From the NCBI GenBank assembly GCA_964582465.1, contig CAZOQX010000002.1:7379-71378 (forward strand): a stretch of DNA of 64,000 nt, read 5' to 3'. The notes under the pieces were generated by a model. That model worked only from the letters and a program-made list of their open reading frames with translations. It was not told the origin of the DNA and searched no databases. The DNA is from an uncultured Candidatus Saccharibacteria bacterium. Its GTDB lineage: Bacteria > Patescibacteriota > Saccharimonadia > UBA4664 > CAZOQX01. Numbering within the stretch: position 1 is the first letter of the stretch; each line of letters starts with the position of its first letter. Positions 9,502 to 18,212 of this stretch are shown here, piece by piece. The position numbers were made by a program, and so were the translations under genes.

Positions 9502-9837
9502 ATGAGCCGAAAGCAGCTACAAGAAATAATTCGTAACCTTCAAGAATTCCATCGGTGTCCTTCTTGCGGGGTGGATTACTTCTTTGATGACATTAAGGTG
9601 CTAGGCCAGATTGAACCGTATTGCTTTGTGCAGTTAACCTGTCATAATTGTTCAATGCCGGTTTTGGCGACGGTTTTGGTTGGCAATGCTGACCTTAATA
9701 AAGTCGCTACAGACCTTAGTTCAAAAGAGGAGAAAAAGTTTGCTAGGCGCGACGTCATCTCCGCCGAGGAAATTGCTGATTTTCACAAGTTCATCTCTGG
9801 CTACAAGGGCTCAGTGCACAAATTACTCGTTAAATAG
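9502..9837 (+). CDS. zinc-ribbon hypothetical protein
   Basis: CPSC...CHNC pairs; C-terminal ISAEEIADFHKF. Confidence 0.7.
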   Translation: MSRKQLQEIIRNLQEFHRCPSCGVDYFFDDIKVLGQIEPYCFVQLTCHNCSMPVLATVLVGNADLNKVATDLSSKEEKKFARRDVISAEEIADFHKFISGYKGSVHKLLVK

Positions 9838-9843
9838 GGTCAA

Positions 9844-10545
9844 ATGGAAAAGATTTTACTAGCTGTATCGGCGCGTGCAGAAACTGGCAAAAGAGTCCGG
9901 GCTCTTCGTCGTGCTGGTGATGTTCCAGCAGTGGCTTACGGCCATGGTACGGAGCCGCTTAAGATTAAAACTACCGGGAGAGAGTTGGAAAGAGCCTATC
10001 AGCAAGCGGGTACCAGCCGAATTCTAAGTTTGCAGATCGATGGAGAGCCAGCCAAGAACGTATTATTTCAAGAAGTGCAGTTTCACCCACTGACGGGCAA
10101 ACTGGTACACGCTGATTTTTACCTGGTGCGGATGGACGAGAAAATTAAGACTGAAATTCCCTTGCACTTTGTGGGGGAGTCGGTGGCAGTCTATCAAGAG
10201 GGCGGTACTTTACTGAAGAATTTGGAAGCTTTGGAAATCGAAGCCCTGCCGGGTGATCTGCCGGAGAACTTCGAAGTTGATATCGCCGTGCTTGATGATT
10301 TTGAGAAAGTTATCCACGTATCTGATCTCGTCATCCCGAGTGGAGTAGAAGTGCTAACGCCGTCTGAGGAGCTAATTGCCAAGGTTGAGCCGCCCAAGAC
10401 TGACGAGCAGCTCGAGGAAGAGTTAGCCGAAGCAGAGCAGCCGGTTGGGGAAGTGCCGAGCGACTTTGGGTCCGCCGAAGGTGAAGCCCCTACTGAAGCC
10501 GCTGAAGGCGAATCGACCGAAAAAACCGAAGCGGCTGAGTCTTAA
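9844..10545 (+). CDS. rplY: 50S ribosomal protein bL25/Ctc
   Basis: LRRAGDVPAVAYGHG, VQFHP..HADF, acidic tail. Confidence 0.95.
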   Translation: MEKILLAVSARAETGKRVRALRRAGDVPAVAYGHGTEPLKIKTTGRELERAYQQAGTSRILSLQIDGEPAKNVLFQEVQFHPLTGKLVHADFYLVRMDEKIKTEIPLHFVGESVAVYQEGGTLLKNLEALEIEALPGDLPENFEVDIAVLDDFEKVIHVSDLVIPSGVEVLTPSEELIAKVEPPKTDEQLEEELAEAEQPVGEVPSDFGSAEGEAPTEAAEGESTEKTEAAES

Positions 10546-10991
10546 ACCTGATACTTTTTTAGTTCTTTTTTGAGCTGGGTTTCGCTCGACAGATCGGTTT
10601 GGAAAGCTAAATAGCGCACAAAGGCGGCGGTATTAAAGTGTTTTAAGGTAGCAAGGACGATGACCGCGATTTCGGCCGAGTTGATGTCGCGTTTTTTGGT
10701 GTCTAAAATCTTTGATTCGACGGTATCAGTGACGCCATCGACCGTCGTTTCCTTCTGGGGAATGTTCAAAAAGGCGCCGTAAATACCGGAGTAGAGCTTG
10801 GCGCGGGAATAACGCTGTTTGCGGCCGTTTTTCTTCAAAACTTTGAGAAAACCGAGGTCTGGCTTCTCATAAGTGGTAAAGCTCTCACCGCAGGTGGTGC
10901 AGCGGCGACGGCGCCAGATTTGGGTGTCAAAACGCGTAGAACGGGAATTAAATACTTCAGTGGTCTCACCTCGACAGTAGGGGCATTTCAT
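10542..10991 (-). CDS. nrdR: transcriptional repressor NrdR
   Basis: MKCPYC..SR..RRRRCTTCGESFTTYE plus ATP cone. Confidence 0.92.
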   Translation of the reverse strand: MKCPYCRGETTEVFNSRSTRFDTQIWRRRRCTTCGESFTTYEKPDLGFLKVLKKNGRKQRYSRAKLYSGIYGAFLNIPQKETTVDGVTDTVESKILDTKKRDINSAEIAVIVLATLKHFNTAAFVRYLAFQTDLSSETQLKKELKKYQV

Positions 10992-11022
10992 GACTTTTTG
11001 AGATAATTTAGTAAAACCATAA

Positions 11023-11111
11023 CAATATATTGGCATATAACTATCGAATCCCCAAGTGGAAAAGGTGCTTTAAATGTGGAAAACCCTAGCCAAAGGTAGC
11101 AACATATCTGG
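11023..11111. promoter_or_regulatory. candidate NrdR boxes and a DnaA-like box
   Basis: CAATATATTG palindrome (11023-11032), CAACATATCTGG (11100-11111), TGTGGAAAA (11075-11083). Confidence 0.45.
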
Positions 11112-11167
11112 CTATGATAATTTTTTGGTTACGGTAGGCTTAGAACGTCCACGAGCGAGGAGGCACC

Positions 11168-11923
11168 ATGCAAATCAAGCCCTACATTGGCGTTACGGGT
11201 GTAACCACCCCGGAGCAGGCTCTTGAGCTGGTAGAAATAATCGGTAGCCTGGGCCTGCCGCGCAGCCGCAAGCTGATGATCGGCGCACTGATGAGCTACC
11301 GTGGTCTTTCGAGGGGTGAGTTGGCTAATCCTAGTCAGTACATCTTCCCCGACCAGATAGATGAAGTCTTTCCAGACGATAATCGAGTCTTCAATCTGGT
11401 TCACTATAACAGTCGGGCTGAGGGGCTTTACAGCCAAATTCGAGATGTGGTTTCCCGGGTGACATATGCCGATGGCGTTCAGCTGAACATCGCCTGGCCA
11501 GAGCCAAAGCAGCTTACTAGGTTGCGTAGCCGCGCCTACACGGCGGTGGTGCTGCAGATCAGCATGGCTGCCTATAGAATGGTCGCCGGTCGGCCCAGCC
11601 AACTGGTAGCAGCCTTGCAGCCCTACTATGGGCTAGTAGACTGCATCTTGGTGGATCCGAGCGGCGGTACGGGCCGGCGATTTGATCGGGCGTGGTCAGA
11701 GGACATCATCGGAGAGCTGGTGAAGGGCTATCTTCCCATGCGTCTTGGCATTGCCGGAGGGCTAGGACCAGATAATCTTGATTGTCTGGTCCCGTTGCTC
11801 CGAATTTACCCAGACCTTTCCTGGGATGCCCAAGCCAGACTGCGCAACGACAAGGATCAGCTCGACGTGGGTCGGTGCCGCGCTTATCTGGAAGCGAGCA
11901 TCGAGCTAGTGCGGTGGCCCTAA
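11168..11923 (+). CDS. TrpF-like (phosphoribosylanthranilate isomerase-like) TIM-barrel protein
   Basis: IGVTGV, GVQLN, ILVDPSGGTG, GIAGGLGPDN, WDAQ motifs; SD GAGGAGG. Confidence 0.7.
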   Translation: MQIKPYIGVTGVTTPEQALELVEIIGSLGLPRSRKLMIGALMSYRGLSRGELANPSQYIFPDQIDEVFPDDNRVFNLVHYNSRAEGLYSQIRDVVSRVTYADGVQLNIAWPEPKQLTRLRSRAYTAVVLQISMAAYRMVAGRPSQLVAALQPYYGLVDCILVDPSGGTGRRFDRAWSEDIIGELVKGYLPMRLGIAGGLGPDNLDCLVPLLRIYPDLSWDAQARLRNDKDQLDVGRCRAYLEASIELVRWP

Positions 11924-11929
11924 GGACAC

Positions 11930-11960
11930 GGGGCTCTGAGCGAAAGCCTGGAGCCCCTTT
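11930..11960. terminator. hairpin between convergent genes
   Basis: GGGGCTC...GAGCCCC-TTT. Confidence 0.65.
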
Positions 11961-13179
11961 ACGTTCGGCCAAAGCCAATTCGATCCGGTACTTGCGTGGC
12001 TTCGAGCTGGCGCCCGGTAAAGATAATTCGGCCGTAGCGCCGCTCAATTTGATCAATGGCCTCGCTCAAATCTTCTAATTTGTTAGTTGGCTCAAAGAGA
12101 TTCAGGTTAACAAAGCTGCGTTCAATCAGATGGGTAGCAACTATGCTCACTAACCGCACTGGACCGGGCAGGGGGTTAGGTAGCAACTTCTCGGCTTGTC
12201 TCAGTAGGGTATTGGCATTATAGAAAGGCTCATTTTGAATATAGGAATCGCCCCACCAGCTTCGGTCGGCCAAGCGTAGTGACAAGTTAAGGTGACGCGC
12301 TGACAAGCCATAGTGGAGGAGTCGCCGGGCCACTTTGGTTGTGAGTTGGCTGATGGCAGCTAGCAACTCTTCTCGATCGGAGGTAGCGTCTGGCACAATG
12401 GTAGTTTGGTGTCCCACGCTCTGCTTGTGAGTTGGTTTCAGGTCAGTTTCATAACCACGCAGGCGCAAATACCAAGCCTCACCGTTGATGCCAAGCTGTT
12501 GCTTCAAAAAGGCGTGGTCGGTGCGGTAAAGAGCGAGCGGGCTCGTGATGCCCATCCCCAAGAAACGCTTGGTCATTCGATAAGAGATACCATAGAGGTC
12601 CTGGAGGGAGAGGGAATTATAGAAGCGCTCCAGGCTTACGTGATCGACGGGTAGAGTGATCAGCCCATCTGGCTTCAAAACATTTGAGGCCATTTTAGCG
12701 AGAAAAAAATTGCTGGATATGCCAATAGAGCATCTTAGCTCACGGCCGACCCTCCTAATCTGCTCTTTGATCTCCTGGGCGAGATTTGGTACGGACTCTC
12801 TTAGATCGGCGGGCACCACCAAAAGAGCTTCGTCGATGCTTTTAACCAGAACTTGGCAGCGGGTTTGATGTAAGAGTTTAATAATTTCGTTGTGGTAGTG
12901 GCGATAAGCATTAGGGTGGTCGGCGACTAGGATTAGCTCCGGGCAGAGGGCCTTGGCCTGGAAAACCCGGTGGCCCGTTTTTATCCCATAAGCTTTAGCT
13001 TCAATCGAGGCCGCGATGACACAGGAGGCCGAGCTGGTAGGGTAGGGGCAAACAGCAATGGGTTTGCCCCGCAGTTTGGGCTGGACCTGCTGCTCCACCG
13101 AAGCGAAATAGGAGTTCATATCCACGAGCATGGCTCGGTTCGCTAGGGGCGTTTGCTTGAGCAGGTCTTCTGTCCGCAC
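11959..13179 (-). CDS. dinB: Y-family DNA polymerase (DinB/Pol IV-like)
   Basis: VDMNSYFASVE, IAASIEAKAYGIKTG, SIDEA, CSIGI..LAKMAS..KPDG motifs intact. Confidence 0.9.
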   Translation of the reverse strand: MRTEDLLKQTPLANRAMLVDMNSYFASVEQQVQPKLRGKPIAVCPYPTSSASCVIAASIEAKAYGIKTGHRVFQAKALCPELILVADHPNAYRHYHNEIIKLLHQTRCQVLVKSIDEALLVVPADLRESVPNLAQEIKEQIRRVGRELRCSIGISSNFFLAKMASNVLKPDGLITLPVDHVSLERFYNSLSLQDLYGISYRMTKRFLGMGITSPLALYRTDHAFLKQQLGINGEAWYLRLRGYETDLKPTHKQSVGHQTTIVPDATSDREELLAAISQLTTKVARRLLHYGLSARHLNLSLRLADRSWWGDSYIQNEPFYNANTLLRQAEKLLPNPLPGPVRLVSIVATHLIERSFVNLNLFEPTNKLEDLSEAIDQIERRYGRIIFTGRQLEATQVPDRIGFGRT

Positions 13180-13184
13180 GGCCC

Positions 13185-13580
13185 CTACTTGGCAGTGGCC
13201 AATTGGGCAGACTGGTCTGACTTGGCCGGCTTGTTCTTGAGATATTTGATCAAGCCCCAGGTTTGTTTTACGACTCCGGTGTAGCCGTCTTGCAGTTTGG
13301 CGGTGTCGCCATACTTTTGGGCCGCAAATTGCTGCAAGAAATAGCTGGTTTCATTAGCCGTATCGATAGCTTTGTACAGTGCCTTGACCTTGTCGGTGTA
13401 GGCGAAGCTGCCATGGGCCTCGGCGATGAAGTGGGCTACGGCCGAACTCGATCGCCGCAGGTTGTCACTGAGAAGGAAGCGTTCCTCTTGCGGCAAAGCT
13501 TTAATTAAATCGTAAACTTGATCCTCTAGCTCTCTAGCGAGCTGGTACACTCTTAGATTTCCGATGGCCTTATTGGTCAT
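13185..13580 (-). CDS. four helix bundle protein (23S rRNA-IVP/Avd-like family)
   Basis: LRVYQLA..LPQEERFLLSDNLRRSSSAVAHFIAEAHG; SD AAGGGGG before MTNKA. Confidence 0.85.
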   Translation of the reverse strand: MTNKAIGNLRVYQLARELEDQVYDLIKALPQEERFLLSDNLRRSSSAVAHFIAEAHGSFAYTDKVKALYKAIDTANETSYFLQQFAAQKYGDTAKLQDGYTGVVKQTWGLIKYLKNKPAKSDQSAQLATAK

Positions 13581-13607
13581 TGAAAGATCCCCCTTACTTA
13601 TAACTCG

Positions 13608-13637
13608 AGTATACCGAACAAAGACCGAAACTGTCAA
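13608..13637 (-). promoter_or_regulatory. sigma70 promoter containing probable LexA box
   Basis: TTGACA-18-TATACT with TTCGG-tctttg-TTCGG (13614-13629) in the spacer. Confidence 0.75.
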
Positions 13638-13714
13638 CTAGTTTGTATGAGACCACTGGCGTATGTCTTGGTCCGGGCTTTGAGCAGGAAATTTTTGCAG
13701 GGTCGGCTTATCCA

Positions 13715-14881
13715 TTACTGATAAAACATCAACCCAAGCTTAATCTGGAGGGCGTCCTCAAAATGACGCGGGTCGAGGTGAATCAGCTTCTTGGTTTTAT
13801 TCAACCTGTAAATCAGGGTGTTGCGGTGAATGTGGAGTTTGTCGGCGGCGGTGCTTAGGTTTAGACCGGCCTCTAGAAACGTCCGCACCGTCTTATACAG
13901 CTGTGGATCATTCAAGAGTGAGTGCAGCAGTTGGTGGGCCAGCTCGGCTTTGCGTTCCTGATTAATGTTGGCGAGGCTGACGAACATGCCGACTTTGCGA
14001 ATCGGGTAAACCTTGCCGGTACCCCAGACCTTAGTCCCGACATCGAGGGCCAACCTTGCCTCCTGGTAACTTTTACGCAGACCCCCCAGGTCGGGATAAT
14101 ACTGACCGACTCCAAGGGTAGTGTTATTATCTGGTTCAATTGAGCGAAAGCGCTCGAAAAGTTCGCCGGTTTGCTTTGTTAACTGGTTCAAAATGCTTGC
14201 CGGGCTAGCGGTCTCGTTCGCGATCGGTAGCAGGAGCGCAAAGGTGTTATTGCCGATATAAGTAAAGATATGGCTGGGGATTTTGAGCTGATCTCGCACC
14301 CGTCCGGTTAATGTCTCGATATGGCTCGCGAGCATTAGGGCTTGCTCCTCGGCCTTCAGGTGGCCAATTTCCGCGTGCAAACGCTGCTCAAAGTTTTCAA
14401 TCTGTACCAGAATCGCAATCAGAGGCAAGTGGAGATTGAGCTGCAGGATGTCGGCCTGGCGGTAGGCGTTTTCCGGAGCCATGGTGGTGTCTTCGAGCAA
14501 ATTCTTAATGAAATTGCCCCTGACCACAATAGTCGGTTGCAACTTATCGATCAAAATATGCTGGTGCACAATGACTTCCGCTAGCCCCTGTAGCAGGCTA
14601 ATCATATCAGGAGTAGCACCCTCGGGACCTTCGGCGAGTCCAAAGGCACCCATGACGCGGTCCTCGTAAATGAAGGGGAACCAGAGCAGTTTTTGGCCGT
14701 CGAGCATGGAGCTGGTACTGGCCTTGCCGGCGCAAGCTTGCTTAGCTTCATCGATCACACGCCCTTGGTACTTGCGATCACCCAGCACCAGTCCTTCGGT
14801 GTCGGCGATGATCACGTTTTGCTTCAAAATCGTGCGCGTCCGGTCACGAATTTGCTGGGCGAGTGGTTGGCTAAGCTGCAT
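13715..14881 (-). CDS. CdaR/PucR family transcriptional regulator
   Basis: Sugar-diacid recognition-like N-terminus, GGDEF-like middle, C-terminal LNLSTAADKLHIHRNTLIYRL. Confidence 0.9.
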   Translation of the reverse strand: MQLSQPLAQQIRDRTRTILKQNVIIADTEGLVLGDRKYQGRVIDEAKQACAGKASTSSMLDGQKLLWFPFIYEDRVMGAFGLAEGPEGATPDMISLLQGLAEVIVHQHILIDKLQPTIVVRGNFIKNLLEDTTMAPENAYRQADILQLNLHLPLIAILVQIENFEQRLHAEIGHLKAEEQALMLASHIETLTGRVRDQLKIPSHIFTYIGNNTFALLLPIANETASPASILNQLTKQTGELFERFRSIEPDNNTTLGVGQYYPDLGGLRKSYQEARLALDVGTKVWGTGKVYPIRKVGMFVSLANINQERKAELAHQLLHSLLNDPQLYKTVRTFLEAGLNLSTAADKLHIHRNTLIYRLNKTKKLIHLDPRHFEDALQIKLGLMFYQ

Positions 14882-15989
14882 TTTTTTCTACGAATTTAGG
14901 GTACAGCATGGCGAGTTTAATCTGCACGGCGTCGTCAAAATTCCGAGGGTCGAGCTCAAGAGTTTCGGCGATGCGGTCGAGCCGGTACACTAGTGTATTG
15001 CGGTGGACACCGAGTGATTCGGCTGTTTTGGTGAGTGACATGTCGAAGCCAAAGTAGGCTTCAAGCGTTTTGATAGTTTCGCCGTTTTGGTTAATGCGGT
15101 CGAGCAGTTCGCGGCTGAAATGGATGTTATTTTCATCAACCCCCGAAAGCAGCGGCGCTACCACGCCGAAGTCATCGATGTGGTAAACCCGATCGGTGTC
15201 CCACATCTGGCTACCGATTTCGATAGCGGAAATGCCCTCGCTGTAGCTTTGGCGCAGCCCGGCGATTGCCGGGGCAAAGTTGCCCACGCCCATGGTGGTG
15301 GAATACTTAATTTCACCTTTCACTATCTGGTAAAAGGATTGAATCGACTTCTTGAAATTGGCGACACTTTCTTCGATCGGGCCGCCGTTGAAGCCCTTCA
15401 AAATCACGAAATGGTTTTGGCCAAGGTAGGCGACAACGTGATCGTGGCTGGTGGTGTAAAACGACTCCAGCGATCGGTTTAGGCTGCTTTTATAGCGGGC
15501 AATTGTGACTTCGTAGTCGCTGGAAGGGTCACGGTTTGGGCCGATTAAAACCGGATCATCAATGTAGACTGCAATCGCGAGCTTCGGCTTATCGAGTTCG
15601 ATTTTAAAGAGGCGAGCTTCGGCTTTCACCACGGCTTCATCCGAGATGGGGCTATGGAGTAAGTCGTAGACGAACTTATCCAAACGCTCCTCTTGGTTGG
15701 GGATCTGCTCCATCAGGAGCGTTTGGTGCAACACCAGCTCGGCGATGGAGCGGAGTAAGGGCGCAATACGATCTTGGTCGGGCACCGGCTTTTCGAGAAT
15801 AATGAAACCAACAATTTTGTTGCCGTAGCGTACTTCGACGCCCCCGAGATCAGAAGGATTGAGCTTGGTGCCCGGCTCGTGCTCTCCACCGATCAAGACC
15901 TGTCCATCAGCGTCAGTGATAGTCAAGTCTTGATCGATCAGATCGGCCACCTTACTCCTGATGCGACTAGCTGTTTGGGGATTTAGCAT
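14871..15989 (-). CDS. CdaR/PucR family transcriptional regulator
   Basis: MLNPQTASRI..ITDADG; C-terminal TAESLGVHRNTLVYRL; overlaps paralog by 11 nt. Confidence 0.9.
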   Translation of the reverse strand: MLNPQTASRIRSKVADLIDQDLTITDADGQVLIGGEHEPGTKLNPSDLGGVEVRYGNKIVGFIILEKPVPDQDRIAPLLRSIAELVLHQTLLMEQIPNQEERLDKFVYDLLHSPISDEAVVKAEARLFKIELDKPKLAIAVYIDDPVLIGPNRDPSSDYEVTIARYKSSLNRSLESFYTTSHDHVVAYLGQNHFVILKGFNGGPIEESVANFKKSIQSFYQIVKGEIKYSTTMGVGNFAPAIAGLRQSYSEGISAIEIGSQMWDTDRVYHIDDFGVVAPLLSGVDENNIHFSRELLDRINQNGETIKTLEAYFGFDMSLTKTAESLGVHRNTLVYRLDRIAETLELDPRNFDDAVQIKLAMLYPKFVEKNAA

Positions 15990-16006
15990 AGTTCAAAATC
16001 CTCATT

Positions 16007-16022
16007 TTGTAGTAATGCACAA
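16007..16022. promoter_or_regulatory. candidate CdaR-type operator
   Basis: TTGT-N8-ACAA palindrome between putative TTGCAG-17-TACGCT promoter and the start codon. Confidence 0.45.
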
Positions 16023-16068
16023 GTTAAGCGTAATAATTAGCCGCGTCGCCTGCAAGCATGAGGGGATT

Positions 16069-16093
16069 AAAAAGGACGCTCTTGCGAAGCGTC
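16069..16093 (-). terminator. terminator of tRNA-Val(GAC)
   Basis: GACGCT...AGCGTC followed by T run on minus strand. Confidence 0.7.
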
Positions 16094-16097
16094 AAAA

Positions 16098-16174
16098 TGG
16101 TGGGCTCTAGAGGGTTCGAACCTCTGACCTCTTCCACGTCAAGGAAGCGCTCTAACCAACTGAGCTAAGAGCCC
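16098..16174 (-). tRNA. tRNA-Val(GAC)
   Basis: GGGCTCT..TTGACGT loop..GGTTCGA..CCA. Confidence 0.95.
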
Positions 16175-16242
16175 TCGCCGAATTGTTCAAAGCAGGGTTA
16201 ACTATAGCCAATTTTGGTGAGAGCGGCAATATAATAGGTACT

Positions 16243-16662
16243 ATGGACGAGCTTGAGACACTGGAGGCTACCGGGGAATATGTTTTCCACGGCTCACCTT
16301 ATGAAATAAAAGAGCTAGAGCCACGCCAGGCTACTAATGCTGGATTGCCCGACGGGGAGCCAGCTGTTTGGGCATCCGACCTACCTGTAGTTGCTATCTT
16401 CATGGCGCTGGTAGGTGGGAGGTATTCCAGCGGAGTGTCGATTACAAATGGCGAGGTAGAGCTAACAGCTGTTCGCAGCGGCCTCACCGCGCTGCGTGGT
16501 GACAAGTTGACGGGATATGTCCACGTGCTACCGAAAGAGCAATTCACCAAGGTCAAACAACACGATTACGTATCGACTAAGCCGCAGCATCCAGTGGAAG
16601 TTATTAAGGTTAAGGCCAAGGATCTGCGCCTACCGGTAGGATTAAAGGAAGAAAATCGATGA
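16243..16662 (+). CDS. hypothetical protein, possible ADP-ribosyltransferase-like fold
   Basis: YVFHGS..LEP..VWAS..GYVHVL pattern; ATG 7 nt after TATAAT. Confidence 0.55.
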   Translation: MDELETLEATGEYVFHGSPYEIKELEPRQATNAGLPDGEPAVWASDLPVVAIFMALVGGRYSSGVSITNGEVELTAVRSGLTALRGDKLTGYVHVLPKEQFTKVKQHDYVSTKPQHPVEVIKVKAKDLRLPVGLKEENR

Positions 16663-17120
16663 AATGGAAGGAATCGCCCAAGATTAAGATTTATGAGGCG
16701 TTGACGGTGCTTGCGAACGACCGCGTTAAAGTCGACGGCAACTCCGCCAAAGTATCATCTTCGGCCGGCAAGCGTGTTTATCAGGTAGATTACGATCCTA
16801 AGGAGAAGACTATTACCTCAAACGACAATGGTTCGTACTGGCAAGGCTACATGGGTTATCCGATTATCGCTTATCTGCTTGCGACTGGCGTGGTAAAGTA
16901 CGACCCGGTGGCGGCAGAGTTAGTCAAAGATTTTAATTGGGGTTTTTTGAACGAGCAGTTTAAGCGCAAATATGACCAAGTGATTGCATACGTGCTAAGT
17001 GAAGTCGAAAAAAAGGGCGGCGATGCCACTTTGCTCAAGAAAGCGGTCGCAGACGTCAGCTTACAGCTTAGCGATTTGGAATTACAGAGAACGCAAAGTC
17101 CTCATAAGCCACCAAGTTAG
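16659..17120 (+). CDS. conserved hypothetical protein
   Basis: PKIKIYEAL..VSSS..SNDNGSYWQGYMGYPIIA; ATGA overlap with upstream gene. Confidence 0.75.
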   Translation: MKWKESPKIKIYEALTVLANDRVKVDGNSAKVSSSAGKRVYQVDYDPKEKTITSNDNGSYWQGYMGYPIIAYLLATGVVKYDPVAAELVKDFNWGFLNEQFKRKYDQVIAYVLSEVEKKGGDATLLKKAVADVSLQLSDLELQRTQSPHKPPS

Positions 17121-17180
17121 TAGAAATTTACAAAGTATTTATGGTGGTTTCGGGTAAAAATAGTGCCAAGGAGGTGCGAG

Positions 17181-17480
17181 ATGAAAAAAATTCGACACTT
17201 ACCCCAGGAAGACCCGGTTAAAATTATCGCGGCTGGGCTGCGCGGTAATCCGCAGGCCGATGCATCTGATTTTACTGATACGTATATTAGCGGTCGCCAG
17301 ATGTTGCAGCTCGCGGAGAGCATGCGCGAAAATAATCACCGTAATATCGAAATATTTAATGAGCTGGTCGATGAGGTGCATTTTTTGCGCTGGGTATTAC
17401 AGCGCCAAGTTGGTGCGGCCGAGTTTGCAGAATTAGCCGAAGAGTATACGGATAAGGGAGCTCAGGTTAGCTCTTCATAG
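17181..17480 (+). CDS. hypothetical protein
   Basis: SD AAGGAGGTG before ATG 17181. Confidence 0.6.
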   Translation: MKKIRHLPQEDPVKIIAAGLRGNPQADASDFTDTYISGRQMLQLAESMRENNHRNIEIFNELVDEVHFLRWVLQRQVGAAEFAELAEEYTDKGAQVSSS

Positions 17481-17500
17481 TGCGAAATTATAAGGCAAGA

Positions 17501-17530
17501 CCCCCGAGTCCGCTTGAGCGGACCCGGGGG
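17501..17530. terminator. hairpin between convergent genes
   Basis: CCCCCGAGTCCGC-TTGA-GCGGACCCGGGGG. Confidence 0.7.
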
Positions 17531-17540
17531 CTAGAGGCGA

Positions 17541-18020
17541 TCAGATGCGGGCCGATACGAGGGCCAATTCTCGGCCGATGTGGAGGTTCGCTATGAACTG
17601 ATCGGCGGCTGCGCGCAACGGTTCCACCGATCGGCGCATCTCGAGTTGCAGGAAGATATTCGGCACTAGGAAGTGCGGGATGGTCTGGGCGAACCTGGGC
17701 AACTTCCCGCACAGTAGCTCTTCGATCTCCGGATTACTCTGGAAGAGTAATTCCAGTACCAGGATCAGGTGGTGGTCGGCCGGGTCGTCAGTCTCTTCGG
17801 GTTTCAGGTAGAAGAGACCTGCTTCGGCCAGGTCTTCCAGAGCGTGCAATCGGGGCAGGCTGAGCTCGCGCGGATGATTCGGCCAGCGACAGGCCATCCC
17901 AGCCTGCAAACAGAATGCAGCTAGCCCCGCGCTCAGCAAATTCACCCGAATCGAATCGGGGTAGTCGAGAGGCCACGGACCGCGATAGGCCGAGTAGCGC
18001 CAAAAATGCGTTCCACGCAA
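17541..18020 (-). CDS. hypothetical protein (orphan)
   Basis: TGGACA-17-CATAAT promoter, SD AAAGGAG, TTG start at 18020. Confidence 0.6.
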   Translation of the reverse strand: MRGTHFWRYSAYRGPWPLDYPDSIRVNLLSAGLAAFCLQAGMACRWPNHPRELSLPRLHALEDLAEAGLFYLKPEETDDPADHHLILVLELLFQSNPEIEELLCGKLPRFAQTIPHFLVPNIFLQLEMRRSVEPLRAAADQFIANLHIGRELALVSARI

Positions 18021-18119
18021 CGTAACTCCTTTAGGTGCTCCAGCGGGCGCTTTTATTATGATTTGACCATCCAATCTTGTCCAACCAAGCGCTTTTCAGT
18101 TATTCTAGAGCTTACGCGC

Positions 18120-18196
18120 GGGCAATTAGCTCAGCTGGTTAGAGCGCTGCGTTCACATCGCAGAGGTCGCTGGTTCGAATCCAGCATTGCCCACCA
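18120..18196 (+). tRNA. tRNA-Val(CAC)
   Basis: GGGCAAT..TTCACAT loop..GGTTCGA..CCA. Confidence 0.95.
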
Positions 18197-18212
18197 ATGA
18201 TGAAAGTATGTT

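Noticed and set aside
11959-13580. Diversity-generating retroelement suggested by the Avd-like gene
   Set aside because: No reverse transcriptase and no template/variable repeat pair was noticed in the window.
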